This document shows positions 32,285 to 41,033 of a stretch of DNA of 64,000 nt, piece by piece. This DNA comes from Longimicrobiales bacterium. GTDB lineage: Bacteria; Gemmatimonadota; Gemmatimonadetes; Longimicrobiales; Gaopeijiaceae. The notes under the pieces were generated by a model. The model saw only the letters and a program-made list of their open reading frames with translations. It did no database searches and was not told the origin of the DNA. Position 1 is the stretch's first letter, and each line of letters opens with the position of its first letter. The stretch is taken from positions 320,001 to 384,000 of the forward strand of contig CBDFIQ010000001.1 of the NCBI GenBank assembly GCA_965248195.1, written 5' to 3'. A program made the translations under genes and the position numbers.

Positions 32285-33715
32285 CTACCGCACGATCTCC
32301 CTGACTACGCCATCCCACTTGTTCAACAGAAACACCCGCCCCCCCGGCCCCCGCCCAAAGTGTAGATCTACCCGCGGTGTCGGCTCCCTGCCCTGATCGA
32401 CGTTTTTCGCCTGGACCAGCTCGAGCAGCGTCGTGGTGCCTCCGCCATCTCGGAAAAGCACCCTCCGGATCGCGGCTTGTCCGCCACCCCGCAGTCCGTC
32501 GGCGGGCACGTGGAAGACCTCGCCGCTCGGCAGGTCGCCCCAGAGCACGCGGTTCGTGAGCTGTGGGATGCGACCGTCCCGGTACGCCACCACGCCGGTG
32601 GCCGCCGATCCTGTCTGCAGCAGAGGATCGTTCTGGTCGAACTCGGCCACCGGGTAGGTGATCCACGGCTCCCCCCTCGGGTTCGACAGCTCGACCCGAG
32701 TGTTGCTCACCACACGGTAGCTCCCCTCCCACGTGTTCCAGCCCAGGTCGCCGCCGGATGGCACGACGTTGAGCGTCTCGACCACGCTCTGGCCGATGTC
32801 GGCCATGAGGAGATCGCCGGTCACCGCGTCCCAGTCGAACCCCTGCGGATTGCGAACGCCCGACGCGTAAATCTCACCCAGGGTGCGGTCGACGCCGTCA
32901 CGCGCGTAAGGATTTTCCGCCGGAACGCCGTAGCGCCCGTTCGCGCTGTTGGAGCCCAGCGGGTGGACCCGCAGGATCTTGCCGAACACCGAGCCGAGGT
33001 TCTGCGCAATATCCAACAAGTCGCCCGCCGCGCCGCCGTCCGCCATGCCGATGTACAGCAATCCGAAATCCGGATCGCCCGGCGACGAAGTCGCGTTGAA
33101 GCCCATTCGGCCGCCGTTGTGATTCTCGAAGGGCTGTTCTACGCGGAACAACTCCCTCGGCGGGCCGCCGTCGTACGTGGCGGCTGTCGGGTCGCGTGCC
33201 GTCCACTCGAGGAGGACGATGTCGTGCGTGGCGTCGCCCCCCCCCGGAACGAAGTCGGGCTCCGGAGCCGTGTCGTTCGTGTCGATCCACGTATAGAGCT
33301 TCCCGTATCCCGCGGTGCCGGGCTCGTTGAAGTGCGGATGGAACGCGAAGCTCTGCAGCCCCACTTCCATGATCGGTGCGACCTCGGGCGTCTCCACCTC
33401 GACCTCCCACCTGGATTCGCGGGCGTCGAGGTATCGGGTCACGCTCCCGTCGTAGCTGATCGAGTAGACGAGGCCCCACATGTCGTTGACGAAGAGACGG
33501 CCGGAGCCCGGTTCGTCGACGAGCACCATGGGCCGGGCCGGCGCCCCGTTGATTTCAGGGAGGGTCGCGAACTCCTCGAGCCCGACAATGATCGCGCCCT
33601 CGGATGCCGGGATTGGGTCGGGGAACGGGTCGTTGGAGATCTGAGCGACGGCGGGGCCGGCGATCAGCAATGCTGCGAAAACAGGGCGCATCGTAGCCAA
33701 ATCGGCAGCCGTCAC
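32285..33715 (-). CDS. PQQ-dependent glucose/sorbosone dehydrogenase family (GSDH)
   Basis: NHNGG, GKILR, GVRNP and ADIGQ; GTG start overlaps the upstream TGA. Confidence 0.85.
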   Translation of the reverse strand: MTAADLATMRPVFAALLIAGPAVAQISNDPFPDPIPASEGAIIVGLEEFATLPEINGAPARPMVLVDEPGSGRLFVNDMWGLVYSISYDGSVTRYLDARESRWEVEVETPEVAPIMEVGLQSFAFHPHFNEPGTAGYGKLYTWIDTNDTAPEPDFVPGGGDATHDIVLLEWTARDPTAATYDGGPPRELFRVEQPFENHNGGRMGFNATSSPGDPDFGLLYIGMADGGAAGDLLDIAQNLGSVFGKILRVHPLGSNSANGRYGVPAENPYARDGVDRTLGEIYASGVRNPQGFDWDAVTGDLLMADIGQSVVETLNVVPSGGDLGWNTWEGSYRVVSNTRVELSNPRGEPWITYPVAEFDQNDPLLQTGSAATGVVAYRDGRIPQLTNRVLWGDLPSGEVFHVPADGLRGGGQAAIRRVLFRDGGGTTTLLELVQAKNVDQGREPTPRVDLHFGRGPGGRVFLLNKWDGVVREIVR

Positions 33716-34593
33716 CGGTATTCCTCGTATGCCGCCCTCAACCAGCGCTCCGTGCCATCGCCGGGCTCGGCGTAGCCTCGGGCCGGGTTGGCGGCGACGA
33801 CCTGGTCGGCGGAGCGTCCCCGAGCGATCTGATCCTTGATCCGCCCCCGGATCGTGACGAGCATCATTCTGTACTCCAAGAGGTCCGCTCGCGTGGAGAG
33901 CTGACCGTGGCCGGGGATGATGACGGTGTCGTCGTTGATCAGGCCCGCGATGCTCCACAGCGCCTCGATCATACCGTCCGTCGACCCACCGTTAGGCTGA
34001 TCGATGAAGGGAAGCCCATAACGGACGAACATGTCACCGGTATGGATGACGTTCGAGTCTCGGAAGTACACCTGCGTGTCGCCGTCCGTGTGCCCGGGGC
34101 CCGTGTAAAAGACATCGACCACGTTGTTGTTGTAGTAGAAGCGCATGGACTCCAGGAAGGTGATCTTGGGCAGTCCCACCTCGGAGTAGGCCGCCTGGCG
34201 CCGACCGTTGAGCGACACGATCTGGTCGGTCTCCATGCGTCGCCGGCTGTTGTCGTGAGCCACGATGAGCGCTCCGGCCCGCCCGAAGTTCTCGTTCCCG
34301 TCGGTGTGGTCGTAGTGCCAGTGGGAGTTGACCACGAAGTCGACGGGGTGGTCGGTCAGCTCGGCTATGGCCGCGACGATCTTGTCGGTCAGCGGAGCGA
34401 ACTGGTCGTCGACGATGAACGTTCCGTCGTCACCGATCGAGACGCCGATGTTCCCGCCGCTCCCCTGGAGCATGTAGATGGATTCGGTAATCCTTGTGGT
34501 CTGGATCTGGATGTCGTCGAAGTTCTGGGCCGAGCCCAGGGCGGGGCATACCAAGAGCCCGAGGATGGCGGAGGTCATGCGTCTCAGGTTCAT
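33712..34593 (-). CDS. Metallo-beta-lactamase-fold hydrolase (cyclase-like), exported
   Basis: NSHWHYDHTDGN, GHTDGD, HTGD and IPGHG. Confidence 0.9.
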   Translation of the reverse strand: MNLRRMTSAILGLLVCPALGSAQNFDDIQIQTTRITESIYMLQGSGGNIGVSIGDDGTFIVDDQFAPLTDKIVAAIAELTDHPVDFVVNSHWHYDHTDGNENFGRAGALIVAHDNSRRRMETDQIVSLNGRRQAAYSEVGLPKITFLESMRFYYNNNVVDVFYTGPGHTDGDTQVYFRDSNVIHTGDMFVRYGLPFIDQPNGGSTDGMIEALWSIAGLINDDTVIIPGHGQLSTRADLLEYRMMLVTIRGRIKDQIARGRSADQVVAANPARGYAEPGDGTERWLRAAYEEYR

Positions 34594-34767
34594 TTCTCCG
34601 GTTGGCGGGGTGGTCCCACTCGATCGCCGGTCCACTTAGTCGCGGACCAGCGGTATTCTCGCGTGCGACCGGGGGTGGCGCCAGACTAGCCGGACAGCGT
34701 GATAGGGTTCAAACTACGTCGCGAGATATCCAGACGTTGCGCGGTAACCAGGACACGATCCCAACGC

Positions 34768-35661
34768 ATGAAAATCGCGGTAACTGGAGCCAACAGCAGT
34801 GTCGGTCGAAACCTGCTAGCTCATGTTGCCGAAAACGGCGATATCAGTGTCATTGCCGGAGTGCGATCAGAAAGCGCTGCTGCTTCCCTTCCCGCATCAC
34901 CCCAAATCACGGCTCGTATTATTTCTTATGACGATGTTGGCGAGCTGGCCAAGACCATAGAGGGCGCGTCTTGTATTGTGCACCTTGCCGGCATCTTGAT
35001 TGAAAGCAGGGCATCGAGCTATGCCAGTGCCAACTTTGCCGCAACTGCCGCCGTGGTCGAAGCATCCCAGAAAGCGGATGTGCAGCACATCGTTTTCATC
35101 AGTGCACTCGGTGCCAGCTCGAAATCGCCTAACCGATATCTCAGGTCCAAGGGCGAAGCGGAGAGGGCGGTCGCAGATTCAGGGATATCCTCGACCATCC
35201 TTCGAACCCCTATTCTTCTGGGACCGGGCACAGCAGGTGCGACCGCACTCGTCGGAGCGGCAACGCGGCGTAAGGTAAGACTGTTGGGTGGCGGCCGTTC
35301 CTTAATGCGCCCTCTCGATGTAGATGACTTGAGCCGGGCGATTCTGCACATCTTCAAGACTCGGCCGGAGGGAGTCTCCATCCATGAACTGGTTAGACCG
35401 GAGTCCATCCCCTATCGAGAGTTGATAACGCGAGTCGCCGGTATGATGGGGAAAGAACCGTTCATGGGTACGATTCCCCTTTGGATGGCCAAGTTGGGCG
35501 CGGCAATTACCAGTCGCTTGAACGGGGGAGGAATCTCGCCGGCGGTCATCGAGGTCATCACCACCGACGAAGTCGTGCAGAAAAATGCAGACTCCGAAAT
35601 AGGCATCAGCCTGACGCCCTTATCCACAACATTGCAAAAAATCTTATCCAAGAACGAGTAA
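34768..35661 (+). CDS. NAD-dependent epimerase/NDUFA9-like SDR
   Basis: VTGANSSVG, VHLAGIL and YLRSKGEAE. Confidence 0.85.
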   Translation: MKIAVTGANSSVGRNLLAHVAENGDISVIAGVRSESAAASLPASPQITARIISYDDVGELAKTIEGASCIVHLAGILIESRASSYASANFAATAAVVEASQKADVQHIVFISALGASSKSPNRYLRSKGEAERAVADSGISSTILRTPILLGPGTAGATALVGAATRRKVRLLGGGRSLMRPLDVDDLSRAILHIFKTRPEGVSIHELVRPESIPYRELITRVAGMMGKEPFMGTIPLWMAKLGAAITSRLNGGGISPAVIEVITTDEVVQKNADSEIGISLTPLSTTLQKILSKNE

Positions 35662-35682
35662 GAGCAAGCCTAAGCAAGAGAT

Positions 35683-36651
35683 ATGACCGAAACAGAAGCC
35701 GACGAGGTGAGCGCACCTCGCAAACCAGGCGCTTTACAGCGCATTGTTTTTCTGGGCATCACTATTCTCTGTTTCGTCTATCTGTACTACCGCCTGAATG
35801 GCGCTGCAGTACGCGAGGGGCTCTCCCTTGTCGATTACATGTCGCAGGTCTTCGCAACGGTCGCCTGGATACCATGGCTGTTACTGATGATCGTGTATTC
35901 CTTTCTGTATTTCTTGATCGACACCCTGGTTGTGACTCGCGCACTCAACTGGTTTATCGCAGAGATAAGGTACGGGGACATCATGCCTATCCGTGCGAGC
36001 GCCTACATCATCTCCATCTTTAATGAGCAGATCGGTAAGGGCGCCATGGCCTACTATCTCAATAAACGAGATCGGGTACCGGGTTGGGAAGTCGGCTCGG
36101 TCATGTTGTTCGTCATGTTTTGCGAAATGTTCTATTTACTGGCCTGGGCCACCATAGGATTCTTCGTAAGTCGTGATTCGCTCCCCGAAGTATTTGGCCT
36201 CATCCCCCCTCTCGCCTTGGGGGCAGCCGTTTTTCTCACCCTATGGATGGTGTACTTCCAGGGTAAGATCTTGCCCAACAACCCGCTGCGGGATAAGCGA
36301 ATCCTCCACGCGTTCAAGTTGGCCAAACCCAGGCACTATGGGGCATTCTTCTTGCTACGCTCACCGGCCTTACTCTCAGCCGTCGTCGTCTATACGATTG
36401 CGCTTAATTTGTTTGGTGTGGACGCTTCCTTTGCCGCATCGCTCGGTTACTTGCCAGTGATTTTTTTTGCGGCCGCGGTACCCACGCCAATGCGCGCTGC
36501 GGCGATCACCTCCTGGGTGATCCTGTTTCCCGAGAATGAGGGACAAATGGCCGCTTTCGGATTCGTCCAGCACAACTTCTTCATTCTGTTCAATGCACTG
36601 ATCGGGCTTCTCTTTTGGCGACGTGCACAGCGCGAGCTGCTCGGTCGGTAA
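35683..36651 (+). CDS. Lysylphosphatidylglycerol-synthase TM/flippase-like membrane protein
   Basis: About 8 TM helices; context next to a CDP-alcohol phosphotransferase. Confidence 0.6.
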   Translation: MTETEADEVSAPRKPGALQRIVFLGITILCFVYLYYRLNGAAVREGLSLVDYMSQVFATVAWIPWLLLMIVYSFLYFLIDTLVVTRALNWFIAEIRYGDIMPIRASAYIISIFNEQIGKGAMAYYLNKRDRVPGWEVGSVMLFVMFCEMFYLLAWATIGFFVSRDSLPEVFGLIPPLALGAAVFLTLWMVYFQGKILPNNPLRDKRILHAFKLAKPRHYGAFFLLRSPALLSAVVVYTIALNLFGVDASFAASLGYLPVIFFAAAVPTPMRAAAITSWVILFPENEGQMAAFGFVQHNFFILFNALIGLLFWRRAQRELLGR

Positions 36652-37220
36652 TGGCTTACCTGCTTACCAGCCTTCGATTGTTGTTGGTGGTGCCTGCGGC
36701 ACTGGCCTTCGCGCGATCAGAATTCATTTCACCGATCTTGCTGCTCACGTTGATGAGCGTCGCGATCGCGACGGATTACTTCGACGGAATCGTGGCGCGT
36801 CGGACCAACACCGCGACACCTCGAGGACGACTCTTCGATCACGCCACCGATTTCTTGTTTGTCACTTCCGGACTTGCAGGTGCCGCTATCGCGGGTCAGG
36901 TAACCGCCGCTCTACCCATACTCATTGTGGTGGCATTTTCACAATACGTGCTGGATTCCTATTTTCTCCATCGTGAAAAGCGCTTACGCATGAGTTTTCT
37001 CGGGCGCTGGAACGGTATTCTTTATTTTGTGCCTTTGGTGCTAATTGCGGTGTCGCGCCTTGGGTTCACGGCAAACGTTGCCGAAGGATTTTCCACACTG
37101 ATCGTCCTATTGAGCTATCTGCTGCTCCTCTCTACGATAGCGTCAATCATGGATCGGGCTGTTGCACCCCGGCGGGCTCATCAATTGAGCGACTCTCCGT
37201 CCACGTACGGCATCACGTAG
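36651..37220 (+). CDS. CDP-alcohol phosphatidyltransferase family
   Basis: TDYFDGIVARR...GRLFDHATD signature. Confidence 0.9.
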   Translation: MAYLLTSLRLLLVVPAALAFARSEFISPILLLTLMSVAIATDYFDGIVARRTNTATPRGRLFDHATDFLFVTSGLAGAAIAGQVTAALPILIVVAFSQYVLDSYFLHREKRLRMSFLGRWNGILYFVPLVLIAVSRLGFTANVAEGFSTLIVLLSYLLLLSTIASIMDRAVAPRRAHQLSDSPSTYGIT

Positions 37221-37248
37221 AAAGCGAGTAGGACGGAAAGGCCTACGC

Positions 37249-37605
37249 TCAGGCGAAACCTACCTCTGCGAGGGCGTTGCCCAGCGCCTCGGGGCCGACG
37301 GGCTTGCTGATCAGAGCGTCGGCACCCGCGCGCTTCGCAGCGTGGAGTCGGTCCGGGCCTCCAGCGGATACTGCGATGACTTTCGCGTCAGGGTACAACG
37401 ATTGCAACGCCTCGATGAACTCCAACCCGTCCACACGAGGCATCTCAATATCGGTAATGACGAGCTCGATGTCCTTCCTCAGGTACTTCTTGAAGGCCTC
37501 CTCACCATCCGAGGCAAGATGGACCTCGTGACCCAATTGTTCGACGAGACCTTTCATAATGGCCATATCCGTCGGCTCATCGTCGACAATGAGTATACGC
37601 GTCAC
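37249..37605 (-). CDS. Stand-alone response regulator receiver
   Basis: ILIVDDE, VITDIEMPRVDG and ISKP. Confidence 0.9.
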   Translation of the reverse strand: MTRILIVDDEPTDMAIMKGLVEQLGHEVHLASDGEEAFKKYLRKDIELVITDIEMPRVDGLEFIEALQSLYPDAKVIAVSAGGPDRLHAAKRAGADALISKPVGPEALGNALAEVGFA

Positions 37606-37725
37606 GATACCACCATCCTTGGCCCATCCTATGGGGGGCAGCTTGGCCCGGCATGACCAAACAAGAGGGAGGATCATACTTCGGCGACTCTGCCCGCGCA
37701 AAGCCGCCACAGCCCTGCGTATCGG

Positions 37726-38106
37726 CTACCCGATCGCGTCGCTGCGCCCTCGGCGCTCTTCAAATTCGGGCAAGGTGAGAGTGTAGTCCTTTCCCCGCCA
37801 GTCGTCCTCGAGCTCGACACCCAGGCCATCGGCCAGGCGATTGACGTAGTTGTAGTAGGAGGCCACCTGACAAATATCGAGAATGGCGGCGGGGTCGAAT
37901 CCCACCTCGCGGAGGCGTTCGACATCCCCCTCACCCACTTTCCACGGCGTCAGGGTCAACTTCAACGCGTAGTCGAGCATCGCCCGGTCCTCAACTTCCA
38001 GATCGGCCTCGCGATGGTCGCGGGCGAGGGCCCTAGATAGCTCGGGGTTTTGCGTGAGCCTACGGAGTCCCGCTCCGTGATGGTTGATTCAGTAGAAGCA
38101 CTCGTT
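37726..38106 (-). pseudogene. 3' part of an AhpD/CMD-family peroxidase-related selenoprotein (CxxU), 5' end cut off by the prophage
   Basis: In frame upstream of the annotated Met: N-E-C-F-Y-TGA-INHHGAGLRRLTQ...DRAMLDYALKLT...YYNYVNRLADGLGV; an in-frame TAG lies directly before NEC, with no start codon. Confidence 0.85.
38062..38078 (-). promoter_or_regulatory. Putative bacterial SECIS hairpin
   Basis: 10 nt after UGA (38091-38089): ACGGAG-CGGGA-CUCCGU perfect 6-bp stem. Confidence 0.75.
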
Positions 38107-38110
38107 CTAC
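38092..38110. other. Putative prophage attachment core (tyrosine-recombinase type)
   Basis: GTAGAA-GCACTCG-TTCTAC: 6-bp IR around a 7-bp spacer exactly where the host gene breaks, 60 bp from the integrase stop; TATGGCA direct repeats at 38135 and 38147 may be arm sites. Confidence 0.7.
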
Positions 38111-38170
38111 CACAATCGAGCAAATACAACACTGTATGGCATGGCTTATGGCAAACCGTTGTTTTTGCTG

Positions 38171-39439
38171 TCACCCCTGGATCCTCTTTTCGATGTACTG
38201 AACGGCGGCCCGGTAGGTGTCAGGAATAAGGTGGGCGTAGGTCTCCTCGACGACCTTGGTCGTGTCACCTAGCAGGGTGGCGATCACATTGAGCGGAACG
38301 CCGTCCTGTGCCAGCCATGAGGCGTAAGTGTGACGACCCGAATGCAGCGTGAGCCCGTCGCCCTCCCTCCCGTACTTGATCCCGGCCAGCTCGAAGGCGT
38401 CCTGGGCCCAGCGAGCCGAGGTGCCGGCCGTCACAGGCTGGTCCCCGCGATGAGGGCTCACAATCAAGTACCGCTCCCCGGCATAGCCTCTGCGGAGGTG
38501 GTCTTCGATGATCGTGACGAGGCTCTCGGTGATTGGAACGTCCCTTTCACCGCGCCGCGTCTTCGGCCTCCAGGGATAGGCATCCTTGCGGGACTGGACG
38601 CGGATGAGCGGTTCGGGGCTCTCCAGGAGCACATCCACGTCGGTGCGCAGATGTAGGATCTCGCCTTGGCGCAGTCCGGCGAGGAACGCAATCGCGATCA
38701 TCGCCCGGCTGGGGATCCCAAGCATACCGCGGTCCAGGTCCACCCACTCCGGTGGAGTCAGGAACACAGCCCGTGTGGGCCGGATCTCGGGCATCTCGAC
38801 GCCCTTCCAGGGGTTGCTACGGATCGCAGGCTGTACGTTGCGGCGAGCGAGCAAGTCGGCCTCCTCGTCCATGACCATGCTCCAGAGTGCCCCGCACACG
38901 ACCTGGCAAGCCCCTTGGCTGGCAGGTGCCCACGGACGCCCCGCTGTGCTGGCTTTCGGGCCGTGCAGGTACGCGCGCGCCTCGTCGACCGTCAGCTCTT
39001 CCATAGGGAAGTCCGAGCCAACGTCTCTCTCAAGGTTCCCGAGAACCGTACGATACTTCTTGATGGTGGACCGACTGCGTGTCGCCTCTTTGAGCCTCAG
39101 GAACCTCTCGACGGCCGGCCCGAGCCGTGGCGAGTCGGAGCCCATGCGCCGCAGCTTGGTGGCGTCGCCGTTACGTAGCGCGGCCTGAGCGTCGGTGATG
39201 TGCATGTCGCCACGGCGGATCGCCTCGAGCACGTTCCAGTCGCCACGATCCATGAGCTGAGTCAGGACGGTATGGCGCTCGGTGGCCACATCCTGATCGC
39301 CGGTCCTGAGCGAGATCGCCAGGCGGCCGCCCTTGAACCGCGAGTGCCTACGGTCGAAGTAGGCGCGGCCAGCTCGCCATACGAGGCCCTTGGGGGCACG
39401 TGAGCGCTTTCTAGGGCCCACTGCCCACGAGCTCCTCAC
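38171..39439 (-). CDS. int: Phage tyrosine integrase
   Basis: AGLRQGE, K, HSGRH and LLGD.....EETYAH catalytic motifs (second His replaced). Confidence 0.92.
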   Translation of the reverse strand: MRSSWAVGPRKRSRAPKGLVWRAGRAYFDRRHSRFKGGRLAISLRTGDQDVATERHTVLTQLMDRGDWNVLEAIRRGDMHITDAQAALRNGDATKLRRMGSDSPRLGPAVERFLRLKEATRSRSTIKKYRTVLGNLERDVGSDFPMEELTVDEARAYLHGPKASTAGRPWAPASQGACQVVCGALWSMVMDEEADLLARRNVQPAIRSNPWKGVEMPEIRPTRAVFLTPPEWVDLDRGMLGIPSRAMIAIAFLAGLRQGEILHLRTDVDVLLESPEPLIRVQSRKDAYPWRPKTRRGERDVPITESLVTIIEDHLRRGYAGERYLIVSPHRGDQPVTAGTSARWAQDAFELAGIKYGREGDGLTLHSGRHTYASWLAQDGVPLNVIATLLGDTTKVVEETYAHLIPDTYRAAVQYIEKRIQG

Positions 39440-39653
39440 ACTCTTGGACGAAGCGATCGACAGCCTTCGGCGAGATTCGGTAGTGCGCCTTGCCAGAGCG
39501 CGACACGTTTAGGACCCCGGGGGGCTTCAGGTGGCCTTCGTGGATCATCTTGAGTACGAAGCCGGTGGACATCCCGCCGATGCGCTCGCCCGCCTGTTCC
39601 GTGCTGAGCCAGTTGTACTCCGCATCGTACTGCTCCAGGGTCTTCGTTCTCAT
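39411..39653 (-). CDS. Excisionase-like helix-turn-helix protein
   Basis: WLSTEQAGERIG...YRISPKAVDRF; directly upstream of int. Confidence 0.75.
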   Translation of the reverse strand: MRTKTLEQYDAEYNWLSTEQAGERIGGMSTGFVLKMIHEGHLKPPGVLNVSRSGKAHYRISPKAVDRFVQECEELVGSGP

Positions 39654-40351
39654 CTCACCACGCCCCTTACGGCTTCAGTAGCCCAGGGAGCCGGGCGCAC
39701 GATCCGCTCCTCCGCGCCCAGCTCCATCATCCGCCGGAACAGAAGGACCGCGCTGTCTTGCAACGCGAGCTTGGTGCGCTCCAGCATGTCCCTGGCAGCG
39801 TCCCAGGCAGAGTCCCTGGCAGCGGTCCAGGCAGCGGCCCAGGCACCGGCAGCGTCCCCGGCAGCGGCCCTGGCAGCGTCCCCGGCAGCGGCCGCCGACT
39901 TGCGGGCGGTATCCAACACCTCCTGCGCACCCCAGAGCGTAGCGGCGTCCGCGATCTCGGGGAGCGCCTGCAGGCCGTCGGCCTCCGTGTCCAGCCGAGC
40001 CAGCCGCAGCCATGCAGGCGTATAGGTACGGACGATCCAATCCATCGCCATGAAGCCGCGAGCCTCGGCGTGGCCATCGCTCGCCGTGCCGACGAGCGCC
40101 GGAATGAGTGGCTTCAGCCGTTGCCGCCGCTCGACGTCCAGACGGTCGTTGAGGCCGCGCCCGAACGCACCGAGCACCGGGCATACGCAATTCGGTCCAT
40201 CGCTGTGCGGCTCGCGCGCCAGCCATGCGACGGCCTCCATGAGGCACACCCCTTCGTCCGGGCTCTGGTGCGATCCATTTTCCAGCCTCAAGCGCCCGAA
40301 GTCTTCCGCGCTCCGCCAGAACCACGGTTCGTTACGTGTCTCTCTCATCAT
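39650..40351 (-). CDS. Phage protein with Cys/His N-domain and Ala-rich AAxD/W repeats
   Basis: CLMEAVAW...HSDGPNCVCPV; AAAGDAARAAAGDAAGAWAAAWTAARDSAWDAARD; AGGAG SD. Confidence 0.75.
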   Translation of the reverse strand: MMRETRNEPWFWRSAEDFGRLRLENGSHQSPDEGVCLMEAVAWLAREPHSDGPNCVCPVLGAFGRGLNDRLDVERRQRLKPLIPALVGTASDGHAEARGFMAMDWIVRTYTPAWLRLARLDTEADGLQALPEIADAATLWGAQEVLDTARKSAAAAGDAARAAAGDAAGAWAAAWTAARDSAWDAARDMLERTKLALQDSAVLLFRRMMELGAEERIVRPAPWATEAVRGVVR

Positions 40352-40684
40352 TACACTCCTTTGTGTACAGTTCGCCCCCACCCGCGAGCCCGAGCCCATT
40401 CATGGGTCTATGTTCTCCGCCACGGCCCTAGAGCCGCCCACGCCGCGTCGACGGCGTGGCGGTGAGCACCCGGTCCGGGTTGTCGGCACTGAACGCCTCA
40501 CGCATCTCGCCGACGGTCAACTCGCCGGATCCGACTGTGACGGCCACGTGGGTGTCGTCGGGGAGACCGGACAGCATCTCGGCGATCGTCATCAGAACTC
40601 CAAGCCCACCAACGTGGGCGCGTGAACCTTCCACCCCCAGATCGCCGCCCACGGTGTCTGAGGACTCGACCGGCTGTAGCTGAA

Positions 40685-40756
40685 TAGCGGGGGGCGGACT
40701 CGAACCGCCGACCTTCGGGTTATGGGCCCGACGAGCTACCGCTGCTCTACCCCGCA
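40685..40756 (-). tRNA. tRNA-Met(CAU), initiator-like, phage-encoded, no encoded CCA
   Basis: Cloverleaf TGCGGGG/CCCCGCT, GAGC/GCTC, TCGGG-CCCATAA-CCCGA and GGCGG-TTCGAGT-CCGCC; 1:72 mismatch and 3 G-C pairs in the anticodon stem. Confidence 0.88.
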
Positions 40757-40769
40757 TATATTTCACCGC

Positions 40770-41027
40770 TTAGGCCCCGATGGCCTTCTTCTGCAGGTCC
40801 TTGATTGCGGCACGGACGCCGGGGCCGTCCTCGTCCTTGATCAGCTGCTCGAAGCGCTCCGCATCCTCGAGCTCGACGTCGTACTTATCCATGAGTTTGC
40901 GGAGCTTCTCGATCTCCTTCGACGTTGGGGGGGAGGCACCCTCTTCCTCTGCCGGCACCTCCTTCTCTTCAACGACGGTGGCCAAGGGGACATCCTCGCC
41001 GTCGAGCGCGGCAGCCAGGTCCTTCAC
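40770..41027 (-). CDS. Acidic ORF in frame with the recombinase across a TAG (probable C-terminal tail)
   Basis: ...AGC GCG TAG GAC CGA GTG AAG... Confidence 0.55.
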   Translation of the reverse strand: MKDLAAALDGEDVPLATVVEEKEVPAEEEGASPPTSKEIEKLRKLMDKYDVELEDAERFEQLIKDEDGPGVRAAIKDLQKKAIGA

Positions 41028-41033
41028 TCGGTC

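Noticed and set aside
40685..40756. tRNA as the prophage integration site
   Set aside because: It lies 2.5 kb inside the element among phage genes; the host/phage junction is at about 38,100
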